Below are positions 37,870-52,341 of a stretch of 64,000 nt of DNA, in pieces (positions within the stretch are counted from its first letter, which is position 1; the number at the start of each line of letters is the position of its first letter). Origin of the DNA: Geosiphon pyriformis uo1 (Eukaryota; Fungi; Glomeromycota); assembly GCA_016748015.1 (NCBI GenBank), contig JAAOMT010000372.1, forward strand, positions 806,001-870,000, in the 5' to 3' direction. Below the pieces are notes generated by a model, which did not search any database, was not told where the DNA came from, and saw nothing but the letters and a program-made list of their open reading frames with translations. The position numbers were made by a program, and so were the translations under genes.

Positions 37870-38890
37870 ATGAGACCCAAAAGCCATTTAGCACAATATA
37901 TCAAACTAAATAATCTAAACTAGGCACAAATCATGTATTTTCTACATGTAACTAGTTACTTGGACCAATTAGAGCAATACTATAAATCTATTTTAACAGT
38001 TACTGCATTATCAGTACCAGAAAAAAAACTACAAGGTTTCTGGAAACCAAAACTGATACCATGCATCTTTACAATTCCACACAACTTGACAACATTATTT
38101 AAGAGCAAAGTCAACAGACCACAAATTTCAGGAGGCACTAAATTATTATATATGACCAGGTTTTTTTTTTCTATAATCATTTTATACTTAGCTTTAATTA
38201 TTCATATCTCAGTTTAATAAACCATCTCCAAACTCCATACTAAATTGACCATCTTATAATTGGCAATTTTGATACTATTGAAAGAGAACACAGTCTTCAA
38301 ACACCATTTTTTAAATACAATATCCTTATACAAAACAGTATATATGACATTGTCAAAAGCACACAAATAGAACATTTGCAAAATGCAAAACAATAACAAG
38401 CTCAAATCTGACATAGCATCCTATTGAACTGAACATAATTCAAGCAGATCTTTATAAAAATCAAAGTTTAATGAGCACATAAAGGAATAGTTAGAAGTTT
38501 TTACCTTTCTATAATAAAAGCATAATACATTAGGATATCTTTTATTATACAAACATTTCTAAATAGTGACTGGTAAATGATAATACAATGTTTTTATAAA
38601 ATACAAGTGCAAACCAGCAGTAAACTTACTTATGTAGCCAGCTATAATATATAAGTTAGAGTGTTAAACTGAGGCAGTCTAAATTCAATTAATATCCTTT
38701 TTTATATTTGTATTAATAACATCAGATTTAGATCCAATTTCTTAATACACATAATAAACAGCTCTGAAAATGTCTTGAACAAAATAACAAATATTACCAA
38801 AAATTGTCATTCTATTAACACTAATATATTTTTCATTAACCAGAACAAAAAAAACCAAATTTAAACATAAAACCAAATTCGACCATTATT
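37870..38890 (-). mobile_element. 5'-truncated, heavily decayed LINE fragment (ORF2 C-terminus and 3' tail)
   Basis: YPNVLCFYYRKVKTSNYSFMC is homologous to the first LINE's zinc finger; tail motif TAATTGGTCCAAGTAACT at ~37955-37972. Confidence 0.8.
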
Positions 38891-40674
38891 ATTTAATTTA
38901 TAATAAATTAAGTATTTTAATTAATGTTGTATAAAATAGATTTAATTGGTTAAAATAGTTAATTATATGTAAAAAGTACATAAATTACAACTATTTATTA
39001 AATTTTTAAATTTTATATATTAAATTTTTAATTAATAATAATAATTTATTTTCAAATATAAAATAAATATAATATTAAATTATTAATTATTAATTTATTA
39101 ATTTTCAAATTTATTAATAAGTGTTAAATACTGCTTATTATTATTATGTAATTTAAGTTTAATTTATTTAATAATAATCATGTTAAAATATTAATAATTT
39201 ATTAATTATATTAAATAATATATTTACTTAACTTTATAGAAAATCCATTTAAATATTATTTATTTCTGTTTTATTTATGCCAAGTATTAATTTTATGAAT
39301 TTTATTGTTTATTAAATTTGTTAAAACTTAATTCGATGTATTATTAATAAAAATGTTTCGATTGTTAAATAAAAATTTTTGTATCATTCAAACTAGGTTA
39401 CATGGGTTTAAAATTTTTTTTTCATATTAGAACCATCAAATCTGCAATGCAAGAAAAAAACATTTTGATTAACCAAAAATATCTTTTCTGGCTTAAGGCA
39501 AAACTCATGCATTGAGGGTTTTTCAAAGTTCATAGGTTAATCCTGGAATTTGGGAAACATTCCGAACTAATGGGGAACGGAATTTCATTTCCTTGTTCGA
39601 CCCGAGAAGTTTCAAATTTGTAACTCGTTAAATGTTACTTGTTGGAAACTTGCATGAGTGCATTCTTTTTCTGTATGGTGTGATATTATAGTAATTATTG
39701 AAATTACATAAAACTTAAAAAAACCTAGTTTTGTCCATTGATAAAAAAAAATTTCGGATATGGATATTGAATTCATTCTGATCATGCCAACTCTGAATAT
39801 CAGATACTTTATCAAAGATGAAAGTTTCGCTGACCATTATAAAATTCAAAGTTCAGCATAGCTGTCTTTAGGAACTCTCATAACAAACTGGGAGTTGTTT
39901 TGCAGATAATTACTGTTATTTTTCCAATTTCGGAAATCAAATTCTTGCAAAATTTCCTTTTTCGCGTCTAATCACAGGCTTTGTGATACAAATGAATGCC
40001 CCAGCCCAATGTATCATATCTGCTATCAATTTATTCTGAAAATTCTGGCCCTCAGTTCAAAACCATCACCATCATCAGAACGTTACTTTCTAAATTATGC
40101 GCTCTTATAACATTTCTAGTTACCTTACTCTATCTTAAATACCGAGTTGCTATAAAAAAATCAACAGATAAATAAGACAACCAAATTATTGAGATATTAA
40201 TCTCAAATAACACTCAACCTCTGTTTTAGCAATACTTCTTGCTTTTGCCTTTTTTCTAGATACCTGTTCCTAGTTATTATTTAACCAAAACATTTATCAC
40301 GATATTTTACAATTTGCTTTTAAACGTTCAAGGGTTGGTATAGTTTTTTGAAATTCGCTTTGCTGTTGCATTAAAACTAAATAGTATCACAACTGGGACG
40401 CGTTTTTACCATTTTTCCCAAAGATTTTAGCTTTCCAAAAACTTTTACAATTCCTGAACTTATCAAATTCTCGGTTACACTATTAAAAAACACTATAGCC
40501 TTTGAATTAATAACGCAAGAAGACTTGAACAGCTGCAGACTAAAATCCTTCAAGGACATTCAAGCTCAGTTCACAATAAAAGCTTTCTAATAACAGTCTA
40601 CCTAAGATACCGGAGTACGTAACTCAAACCTTTCAGGCCTGTAAATGCCATCAGGCACACGGACTCCCACTAAT

Positions 40675-41985
40675 ATGCAAGTTGATATCGATCCTCGCAT
40701 TGTTGCTGAATTGACATCTAAAAGAGATCAGGTATTGAAGATATTTCGAATTCCTCAATAGATATATCAATGTGTTTTTGTTTCAAATACCTTTTGACTT
40801 TATCACTTTCACACTAGCTTGCCGCCGCTTACGAACAAGTCGCTATCTCACTACGAGCTGCAGCTATTGCTTGCGACGAATTTCAGGCATTATTGCCCAT
40901 AGATTTTACATTGTTACCTCCCAACTTGTTACAGCAGAATACCAATCCACTCTTAAATAATAATAACAATAATAGTAATAGTAATCAAGAAATTACGATA
41001 GGGGGCACATCAAGGAAAACTAGAAAGCCACATGTAAAAGATCCGAACGCGCCCAAGAAACCAAACTCACCGTATATTTTGTTCAGCAATGAAATTCGAG
41101 CTACTACTAAAACTGAGTTTCCATCAGCCAATCAAAAAGAGATAGTGAGGCAGATCGGTCTCAAATGGAAGGAACTTTCACCTGAACAAAAAAGAGTAAG
41201 CTTATTTTAAAAAAATAAGTCGATATGGATCTTGGATCTAATGTTTCATTCAAATAATGATCTGTAATTTTCCATTCAAAATTTAGATTTATGAAGACAG
41301 ATATTCCACCGATAAAGAACGATATGACGAAGAATTACGCTCCTATCGAGCAACACAAGGTAATCTCGAATCCCCGCCGGAAACTTCATCTAATGAAGAG
41401 AGTGGTGATCCAAGTATTCTTGCAACCGCGACTATTCAGCCAAGCAATCCCAATATTATATCTGAAATACAATTAGGTGAGATCACGACATCATTGTCAA
41501 CTGGTTCATTAACGACCACATTTTCTGCCAGCGAGCAAACTCAACCTAAATATCCAGATACCGATCAACCTGCCTTTAAATCTGATCCTGCTCCCGAGTT
41601 TGTAACAATTCCCGAGTTCCCATCGATGAATGTTGAAACAGTTCCGCTAGATTCTATCAATTCGGTGTCTTCTAATAAAAGAGGAGCGGACGATTTAGAG
41701 GTGGCTCTGGAAGATGTGGGAAAGCAACAACACACCAACAGTGAAGAAATTGAAGAAAATGATCCGCCAAAGAGGAGGAGAATGGCTACAAGAGGCAAAA
41801 AAATTCAGGAACTTGATCAATCCCAATCGGGGGTCTTTGAGATACCTGATGAACCTGAGTCTCAAGTTATCAAAAAAACAAGACAACGACGAAATGCCAA
41901 CAATAATGCTAATGGAAATTCGGCGGTAAATTTAGCACCAGAAATTGGCACCAATTTGAGGAAGAGAAGAGGCAGGAACCCATAA
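40675..41985 (+). CDS. HMGB/Nhp6-type HMG-box chromatin protein (exons 40675-40731, 40818-41195, 41287-41985)
   Basis: KDPNAPKKPNSPYILFSNEIR...IGLKWKELSPEQKR-IYEDRY..DKERYDEEL; two phase-0 GT-AG introns; disordered C-tail with basic NLS-like runs. Confidence 0.9.
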
Positions 41986-42633
41986 TTTATCTTGCTTCTC
42001 AAAAAAATGGCCGCTTTGATAATCAGTTTCCCCTAGAACACTTCCCTGCATGTTTGACGGTTTAATTCGCTTTTGAGAAGCGTAATGGAAACCAGATCCT
42101 ACGAATATTTTCTTCTTTCATTTTGTAAAAAAGTGCACGTTTTTGTTCGAATTTATAGATTTTCCTTTGTCAACTTGCATTTAGATTTTCGAATAGGTCT
42201 TCTGTTGGGTTGCAACTAGCTTATAAAAATTAGGGGATTGGCATAAAACCTTTTAAATCTTGTGCCTTTTAACTTATTTCGTTCTAGTAAAATTGCGTGA
42301 CGAAAATTTTTCCTGTAAATTATATTTTGTGCCTATAAGATCAAATCAAAATCAATCAACAAAATACCCTCAAAATGTAAATATTTAACTAGCACACTTC
42401 TTTAATGTATGTTATAATGATTTTGATTTGTTTTTCTGAATGTCTGAAATCTCCATGCTTAAAATTTGTTTCTTTAATAAGGGGAGATCAGGCATATATT
42501 CGCAGCGGCTTGACATTTTGTTAATTAAAATATAATAAAAGAAAATTACCGTCTTTGACTCTCATGGTATTAGGACGTTTAAACATTACTTTATTCCAAG
42601 GAAGAAGCATTTCAATTCTGACCTTAAGGCCCG

Positions 42634-44381
42634 CTAGTTTACTAGTTGCATTGCACTTTTAAAACTTCCCAACAATGCGCTTAACTGAAATTTTTCGGAT
42701 CCTCCTGAAGAAAGCCGATATCTGAGGACAGAATTTAAAAATATGTTATTTGTCTAATCCCAAGAGAGGAATCAAATTTCAAAATACTGACTCAACGTTT
42801 GCAAGATTTTCTAGCAAATGAATGCGAACATGTGCTGGAAATTGATAAGTCTCGAGGAACTTATAGATATTGGTTATTATATCTTGTAAAGCCAACCCTT
42901 TTTCGGTCTTCAATTTCATTATTTCTTTTATAGGATCAAATTGTGGGTTAGAAAAATTTTACCCTCACTCGAAAAAAGTCATGACATACTGACTTGAATA
43001 TGCGGTGGCAAATTCATCACTAGACATCACTTCTATTATGAATTGTATATCTTGGGGTTCCGGGTTGCCTGTACAATTATAGACATCTGATTCATCAATA
43101 AAATCATAGGCCGCATGACACGCCTAATTAATGGTGGGCAAAGATAAGACATGTAATTGAGAACATTCTTTATTTAAATGAAAAAGGCTCTCAAGTTCCA
43201 ACTTACCTGAAGAACATTCAAAGCTCTTCTCATATCTCCTCCAGACAGTTCCATCAACGCTTTCTTACCATCTGGTGTTATGTTTACCCTGTAGAAGTTC
43301 AGGACAATGTTTATTGAGAGGATATGCATTTTTGATAACTTACTTTTCAGCTTCAATTATCATATCCAGACGTGATTCTACCTGATCAGTTTCTAGCGGA
43401 GAGAACCTGAAACGAGTACAACGTGATTGCAAAGCAGGTATGATTTTGCTCACGTAATTACAGATGATGCAAAAACGCACATTTTTCGTGTATTTCTCCA
43501 CAACTTTTGACAAAAAGAGCTCATAAGTTAGATGATGTCTATATGACAAAGAAAGAGTCTAACCGACGTACTTCGTCTTAAAGCATTTTGAGCTTGTGTT
43601 GTCATAGCATCAGCCTCATCCAAAATAATCAACTTAAAGCCTGAGCTGAATAAAAATGGATATTAAGCATTGTTTAAAACTTTTGATAGTTATGCAATCT
43701 TATGCATTTTACCTGAAGATCTTACGAGTACTTGCAAATGTCTTTATTTGTTCTCGTACGGTGTCAATGCCACGTGAGTCCGAGGCATTCAACTTCAATT
43801 ATTCATTGGTTTGCGTTGCATTAGATCTCCCTTGATTGATTGTGTTCGAGAAAACATACAAACCTCCATGACCATAGATTTCCAGCGAGGACCATAAAGT
43901 TTTTGAGCACAAGCAAGAATTGTTGATGTTTTTCCGGTCCCTGGTGGTCCATATAACAAAAGATGCGGCAATCGCTGTTGATCAATGAATTTTTCAACTG
44001 AAATATTATAATTTGTAAAGTCACCATAAAAATCATTGGCTTAGTAAAAACTCAAGGTAAGAAAATTGAGAAATATATACTGGTGGCAGTTATATGCTTA
44101 TGTGATACAAGGTCATTTAACGTTTTTGGACGGTATTTTTCTACCCTAAGACAGAATATATATATGTAAAGAAAATTTCAGAGGAATGATTTTGAATTTG
44201 AATCCTAAAAAGTAATATGAAATAAATGTAAAAACCAAGGCAAGTTTTCCTCCCCAGGTGGCGCGATTCCGAATTCTTCGACGGCTCTCTCTTTCCCTTT
44301 AAGCTTGTTACTCGAGGAAAGTCTCAGCGGAGAGGGAGGGCTTTGACTATCTTGTTCCTCATAATCCATAACATCATCCAT
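42634..44381 (-). CDS. RFC3: Replication factor C small subunit (yeast Rfc3 / human RFC5), multi-exon
   Basis: [69 protein letters not shown] across GT-AG introns. Confidence 0.93.
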
Positions 44382-45351
44382 TAGTTTACGAGTATTGATT
44401 CAAAATTAAGTCGCGTTCTCCCGTCTATTACAAGTTTTGTAGATATTAAGTTATCTAAATTCATCTGCATAAATCTTACATAAAAGAACTGGCGAAAATT
44501 AAAACTTAAAAACTTAAACTAAGATAAAATTAGATTACGTAATTTTATAAATAAATAGATAAATGATCAATAATATTATTTTTGAATATTTAATAATTGG
44601 CTTTAAAATACATGAAATACTTATGACAAATCAAAATTTAAATTTTAGAAAACAGTTTAAATATAAAAAAAAACTATTTAAAAGGATTGGCTTCTTAAAT
44701 GTTATAATTTTTAGCTAAATAAAACGCCAAAATTTTTATTTTAGTATAAAAAAATTTACGTATTATCTAATTAGAATTATTTATATTTTTAATTGACATT
44801 AATCTAAACAATTAATTGATAAAGAGAATTTTTAATATATAATTTAATATTACTATTTTTTATATGTAGTTTAAAATCTTGATACTTGAAAAAACATATT
44901 TTTATTATGAATAATATAACAATTAAAATAATATTGGAATTGGTTATAAGTGTGATCCTAAGAGTACGTAACAGGGAATTTTACAGTTCACGTGTGACCA
45001 GCCTTTATAAAAAAATTGTTTAAAATAAAACTTTTTTATTATTATATTATGTATGATAAATTATTAATAAATAAAACATGAAAAAATTAAAAAAATGTGA
45101 ATATTACACAAATTAAATTTAATTATTATTTTATTGATATAAAAAACAAGACTAAATAATTAAAAATAAAACAAACAATTAAAAAATAAAAGTTATTTAC
45201 AAAGATTATATATAATTAATATTATGTATTTATATTTTATTTTAAATATTAATTAATTTAAAGATCTTCCAGGCTCGATCAAAATCATGTGATTTTATGG
45301 TATTGGATCTTTTGTAACATCTGGACATAACTTGAAAACTAGGTGCTTATA

Positions 45352-46491
45352 ATGTCGCTTTTCATTCGTTATGGTTTACGTCCCTCAACATGCGTCGCTT
45401 TAGAAAAAAGTCTTTTTTACCCTCGTTCGAATGTCTTAAGCTATTTATCCTTTTCAACTTCCGCACCTTCAGGAGCTGCCTCTCATGTACAAAATATAAC
45501 TGTCTATGGCTCAGGTTTGATGGGTGCAAGCATTGTTCAGGTGGGCGCTCAACATGGCTTCAAAGTCACAATGGTGGACCTTGATCAAAGATATTTGCAA
45601 AAGGGGCTCGATATAATCAATGCCTCCTTGAAACGGATTGGCAAAAAATTGTTCAAAGATTCCAATGACCAAGAAAATTTGATAGAGTCGACATTTGCTA
45701 ATATCACGACCAGCACAGATTCTTCCCGAGCTGCCAGCAAAGCGGATTTGATAATTGAGGCTATCGTTGAGAACATTGATACGAAACGAAGTCTATTTGC
45801 TAATTTGGATAAAGATTCTCCAGAGCATACTATATTCGTATCGAATACTTCAAGTTTGCTAATAGGGGAAATTGCAGAGGCAACATCCAGGCCCGAAAAG
45901 TTCGCCGGCTTGCATTTCTTCAACCCGGTCCCACAAATGAAGTTGGTTGAAGTTGTACGAACACATAAGACAAGTCAGGAAACATATGATACATTAATTG
46001 AGGTTACCAAGAAAATGTCCAAGACTCCAGTAACATGCAAAGATACTCCAGGGTATTTTTGATTAATTTTCTCTTGGTATTAAGATACCTTTTAATACAG
46101 ATTATATTTTTATCAACCTTGAAAAGATTTATCGTAAATCGGCTTCTCGTTCCGTATCTTATGGAAGCAATACGAATCGTGGAGCGTAACGAAGCCACCC
46201 CCCAAGATGTCGACACTGCAATGAAACTGGGTGCAGGAATGCCTATGGGTCCTTTTGAGCTATCTGATGTGCGTTTGATTTTTCACACTTTTTTGCGATC
46301 TAAATCAATCCCTCATACAAATCATTATTCTCCAGTTTATTGGTTTAGACACTCTGAACTCAATCGTTGACGGTTGGCGAAAAGAAGGCAAGATTGATAA
46401 GAATCTAGTCGCTCCTAGTAAGCTCTTGGATGATCTTGTAAAAACTGGCCTTCTTGGATGTAAGACAGGAAAGGGATTTTATTCATATTAA
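45352..46491 (+). CDS. HADH: Mitochondrial 3-hydroxyacyl-CoA dehydrogenase (exons 45352-46052, 46127-46268, 46336-46491)
   Basis: GSGLMG Rossmann motif, [53 protein letters not shown]; presequence-like N-terminus. Confidence 0.93.
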
Positions 46492-47078
46492 ATGAGTGAA
46501 TTAAAACACCTGACATATTTATTACCAATTGGCCTATTGGGTCTCGGAAAGTTAGATTTTTATAAAACTGATTACTGTAAATCAGGAAGTGCAAGCGCTA
46601 GAATTTTCAGATTAGAATCTTTTGAGAATATCGTATTACTCACATCCCACTATTCACATTAAATTACTTGCATTTCTTACACGAAAATACGATGCTTGTT
46701 TTTAATGATAAAGGAGCATTTTGTTCAAACGCGATGAGTAACCAAAATATATAAAAATAAATATAATAGACAAGTTATTTTGAATATCACAACAGCTCTG
46801 AAGGGACTGTATAAAAAATAAGGAGGAGGGTACTCATATGTATATATACGTGTCAAGGAAAGTGGGAAAAAAGGAAATAGACAGGGGATCAGGAACAATA
46901 TTTAAAACAAAGGGAGATTTTGGGAGGAAAGAATTTGCTGCAAAAGGGAACGCTAAACATTATATTTCGATTCTTAAATATTGAATCCGTTTGCTTTAAT
47001 CAATTTAAGCATTTCCTTATTTTGTTGGTCTTATGACCCTCTCACACAAATTTTCAATTTTGAAAAACGATTCAATAT

Positions 47079-49545
47079 TCAAAGTCCCCCCACCGAGTTA
47101 GCCAGACTTTCACTCATTACCCCACCCTCCATGGGGTTATAAGTAAATCCAGCAAATTGCTGCTGTACAGTCTCTGAAAGATGTGAATCATCAACGACAG
47201 AATCAAGTGGAGTTTCGGATGTGAATTCTTCATCAAAGTTTGAGGTATCGATCGCGGACTCCTTTAAAAATCAGAAATTTAGTGATCTAAAAGAATTGAT
47301 GAAATAGCTTTAACTTTTGACGTACCACGCTGGGTTTGAATGGTGGCTGAACCTTTTTTTGCATTAATTTTCTCCAATCAATCGAGGTAAAGAATAAATG
47401 ATCTTTAATATATTGAGCCCCGTTATTGCCCAGACGTTGATTGGGATCTCTAGTAAGGAGCTAGAAAGAATATAAAATATCAATATCGAGATATATTAGG
47501 CTAAAGAATTGTAACACTTACCCCTGTCAACAAACTCCTTGCCTCAGTTCCAACTTCATCCGGGAATCGAAGCTCATCTTGCAAAATTTTTCTGTACATT
47601 TCGTTAGTATTCTCGTCATAAAAAGGTGGTAGGCCCGTCAACATCTCAAACAGCAAGACGCCCAACGTCCACCAATCCACTGTCTTGGTGTAACCTTGTC
47701 CTAGTAAAAGTTCGGGAGCAAGATACTCGGGAGTACCACAAAACGTATTGGTGGTTTCTGTCTCTGTCATATTAAGCTTACATAGACCAAAGTCACATAA
47801 AGCGATATGACCAGTGTAATCTAAGAGAATATTTTCGGGTTTTAAATCCCTTTATGAATGAGGAACGGTGTACGATTTATATTAAGCAAAAAAAAATGAA
47901 TAAAATATTTCTTATGCATATATAGACGAATTCTTGTGCTTTTCATTTCTACTCACCGATAAACAACATTGAAATCGTGTAAGCATTCTAATGCGCAAAG
48001 CAATTCGGCAGCATAAAACCTCGACCTCTCCTCATCGAAACGGCCTTCTCGTTGTAAATGATGAAATAATTCTCCACCATTGACAAAAGCCAAAACGAGA
48101 TATAGTTTCTCAGGGCTTTGAAAGGAAAATTTTAAAGGCACGATAAAGGGATTGTTTATCTGAGCTAAAACGGTACGTTCTGCGAGGGTGTGATTGACCT
48201 CAGATCGGGATACGATATGAGCTTTACGGATAGTTTTTAACGCATATATACGTGATGTATCCCGTTTTCGCACTTGCATGACCTTATTTGTTTCATATTT
48301 TTTTTTTAGATTTAATCATAATGCGAGAAATCGAAAAGGATTTGAACGTGATTATTACCTTGCCAAAACTGCCCTTTCCAATAACTTTTAAAAGATCGAA
48401 AGCGTCAATTGTCAAGGGAGTATTTGCCTGAAAGAAAAATTGACAATGAGCGAATGAGGGAATGCACTCAAGCTCAAATGTTAAATTTCAATAATTTCTT
48501 ACGGTATCTTTTTTATAGCAAATCTCAACGTGCACCCTACCAGTACCTCCAGATAATTTGTACCAATCTTGTTGGAGTTTCTATTTAGACAACTTTTCTT
48601 GTCAAATTTATGTTTTTGTGAAGAGAAACAAAAAAACTTTTTTGAAATGATAACATGCATTGACAATGGAAAAGTTGGGTTGAATTTTAAGACTACCCAG
48701 GTAGACATCATTGCCCATATCGTTAGTGTGTTGACCGGTCTGAGTTGCCTTTCGAAGATATATCTGTATTGAAACTTCGGATTCGCGTGACACGTCACTA
48801 ACAGAAAAAATTTCAAGAATGTTGAGTTGTATAATTTTTCATGCAGAGAACCGCTTATTATTTCAAAAAGGCATTATATTTTTCAATTAAACCAAAATTG
48901 TTCGAGATAAATAAAGATTTTGCAGAAGGGATTTTAAAGCATTCAGGAAAAACGATATCTAATTCTCTCTCACACGGATCCATGAAATTTACTATAAATT
49001 AAACCTCCAAAATCGAATAAGAGAAGCGATATATTTCCAATTGGGTTAACAATTAAAACAACTTACAAATGGGCTCGATAACGCCAGGTAGGGCTGTGCA
49101 CTTCGCCACCAAGTGCATCAATCAAAACTTCGTTTTTATCGAATTCGAGAACTACATAGGGCAACCACCAGCATTGTTTCCTTTGAAGACTGTCACGATT
49201 GCCTCTTGTGGTTGTATGAGAGTTAGGCTGTGAAGGAATTTGTGGAACCTTTATACCAAGCGGTAAACTAATATCAGTCGCCTCGACGACATTGATTAGA
49301 AGCAAACCAGAAGCTAAGACCGGAGTTGGACTCGTTGGAGTGGAGGGAGAATAGGTCCCGTTGCTTGTGTGATTGTAACCATTGTTTGAAGACGGTCGTG
49401 GAGAGGTATTTGTGATGTGGGGAACGTCTTTACTTTCTGCGATTTATGAACGAGGCAATTTTGGATCAAACTACAAAAATAAATTTTGATTTAAGAAAAT
49501 AAAAAAATACATACTTTTATGGGAATTCAAACTTTTTCCGAACAT
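47079..49545 (-). CDS. YPK1: AGC Ser/Thr kinase Ypk1/Gad8 (C2-like N-terminus, kinase domain, hydrophobic motif), multi-exon
   Basis: [76 protein letters not shown]. Confidence 0.93.
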
Positions 49546-52341
49546 TTCTAGAAAGGCCAATAAGGAAAGCTAAGAGTACAAAGATTTTGAGTGGCTAAAG
49601 ATAAGGAAGTGAATAAGTTGGCGTAAGAGTGAAAATTCAGAAAATGAAATATTAGCCAATAAATATTCTATGTGGCTGAGGGATAAGCAGAAAAGAGAAG
49701 GAGGGTAAGAGGGATGGGAAGTGATGCTGAAGGATTTAGGAAAAATGAGCAAAGTTTAATAAAACTACACCGTTCCTTTTGAGATTACTTTCTTCCTCTT
49801 AGAGCTTCTTGGACAATCAAACAACGTCAACAGGTTGACCAATCGTTATTCTGGGATTTCTGTCCAATTATTAGGCATAATATAATGATCGTCGGACTGT
49901 AGTATCGAGAAATCGCAATTTTTTCTTTTTGCTGAGAGGTAAACGATTGGCTTATGATGAGCATGTATTAAAAATCCCACGAAGATAAGGGTTTATTAAG
50001 CAGTTGGTAATTTAGAATTGTCCCAGTTAAAAACAAAATTTCTTAAAAGAGTTTAGGACTGGACGTATTTTTGTTTAAAAATAAAAGTAAGTTATAGCAT
50101 AATGGCAGAGGATATACATAGAATGTACTTTTGAGTTATTCAATGGAAAAAATCGTCGATTGTTATTAAAGCTTTCAGATAAAATGGGTAAATCTGAAAA
50201 TAGCAAAAGATAATCCGTATATTTTGAGATGAGTATTTTATCTGATTAAAAATTACTAATTATATTAACTACTATTATGTAAATCAATGATAAATTAAAT
50301 TATATAGTTTTTTAATTTTTGCCAAAATAATTTAATTTTTAAACATTGTCCCAAAAAAGATAAGAAACATGTTTTATTTTTGAATATGTATATATATATT
50401 TTAGTTCATTATTTATATTTTTATTATTGAATTAAGATTTAATTCTGTAAAAATTGTAAATAGAATTTATTTGAAAAATAAAAAACTTGTTTATTATATT
50501 AAGATCAAATTTTATTAAGTATAATTATTTGATTGTACACAAAAATGCATGAAATAAAATATTAATTTCATAAAAATTATTAATTAATTGAATATACTTA
50601 CAATTATGCAATAATTATAAAAAATTTGTATTAATTAAATTTTATAAATTTTTGGTAAAATAAATATTTAATATTTTAATATATAAATAATTAAGATAAT
50701 TTTTTACTTTTTAATTATATAAATTTTATGTTTACAACTAAAGCAAAAAACAATTATAATTGTTTTATTAATATAATTAAGATAATAATTTCTAACAAAT
50801 GTTTTAATATTTAATAAAATTAATATTATTGTTTTAAACACCACTTTTAAAACTAAATTAGTTAATTTTTCTTGACTTTATAATTTATAAAATAATATAT
50901 AATTTGCCAAATTTATAATTAAATTTGCTTTTGTTTTTTGTTACTTAATTTTAAATATTGTTAAAATTATATAATTGTAATTTTTGCAATTTAAAAAGTT
51001 TTTAATACTGTTGTGATTTAAGTCAATATCTTAATTAATTAAAATAAAAAAAAACTTTTATTAATCATTTAAAAAGTTGTTAAAACCAAAGTAAATAATA
51101 GATTAAATTTGAAATATCGAAGCAGTTAAAAAAGTTTTAATGTTTAACTTAATATATTTTTAACATAAATTCAAAAATTAATTTAATAATTAATTTAAAA
51201 AAAATTAGCTTAATTAAAAATGTAATTAATAATTGAACAGCAAAATCAATTATAACAATATAATTTGTTTTCAATAAAATTATTAAAGCTTTTTTTACAA
51301 ATATATTAAAAATTTATTTTTTTTAAAATAATAATAATAATTAACATTTAATTATTATACTTTATAATTAAAATAATTATTTTTAATTTTATAAAAAAAT
51401 AATATAGCTGGTTATAATATTAAAAACAATAAAATTTATCACAACCTAATTTTATTTTTATTTTTTTTTAAAACATTAAAATTGATTACAACTTAATTTA
51501 ATTAAAAACTATTTTCTGTCTTAAATTGCAATTAAATTTTTAAATCAAAAAATAGTATTTTTAATTGGAGTTATTTTTTTTTATGCTGTTTAAAAATTTT
51601 AAAACCTCAAAGTAATATTTTATAATACATAAAAACTTGCGTATTTTTTAATTTTAAATGTATTAAAACATTAATTTTTTTTATAACATGAAAGATACTG
51701 GCTAATCACGTGTCTAATGTAGGATAAATGGAAATAGTTGATAGTTAGATTACATTTGTAGGACATGGGGTGACTCTTTGGATTGTTTTGTGTTAGACAT
51801 AAAAAAAAAAGATACAGTAATTAAATCAAAGGTTTTGTTTCTTTTAATAAATATTAAATAAATCAATTTTGTATTATCATTTACAGATTTTTTGTCATTA
51901 ATATAAAATAAATAATTCACATTCTGCCAAGATTTTTGAATTTTAAATTAATCTCGTTCATTTTTTATTAACTTTAATTTTTTTTGTTTTTTGTTTTTTC
52001 TATTATTTAACATTGTTGCACTGATTTTAGTATTTTCAAGCTTTTTACTTATGACAATAAATAATTATCATTAATGTATTTATTTGGTATGGCAAAATTT
52101 TTAGTTATAAATTATTTATTGTGTATTGACAAACTTATTAATTTAAAAAGATTTAAATATTGCTGTGTTTTGTAATTGAAAACTAGGTTACTATTAAATC
52201 TATTTTTGATATTTAGTCATTAAAATGAATTTTGTGATCGGCTGTTCCGTTTGATCACAAATAAATTATCCCATTTGCTTTCTAACTTTTTTTCTGCTGA
52301 ATCATTTCATCCCTAAAAAAACTCTTTTGAGCCTAAAAATT

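Noticed and set aside
40675-41985. HMG gene as a mating-type (sexM/sexP or MATA-HMG) locus
   Set aside because: The KDPNAPKKP..Y..F signature is HMGB/Nhp6-type, and the neighbours are not the Mucorales sex-locus flanking genes.
44410-44500. MCB/E2F-like motifs (ACGCGA, GGCGAAAA) upstream of RFC3
   Set aside because: Plausible for a replication gene, but single short non-consensus matches cannot be supported from sequence alone.
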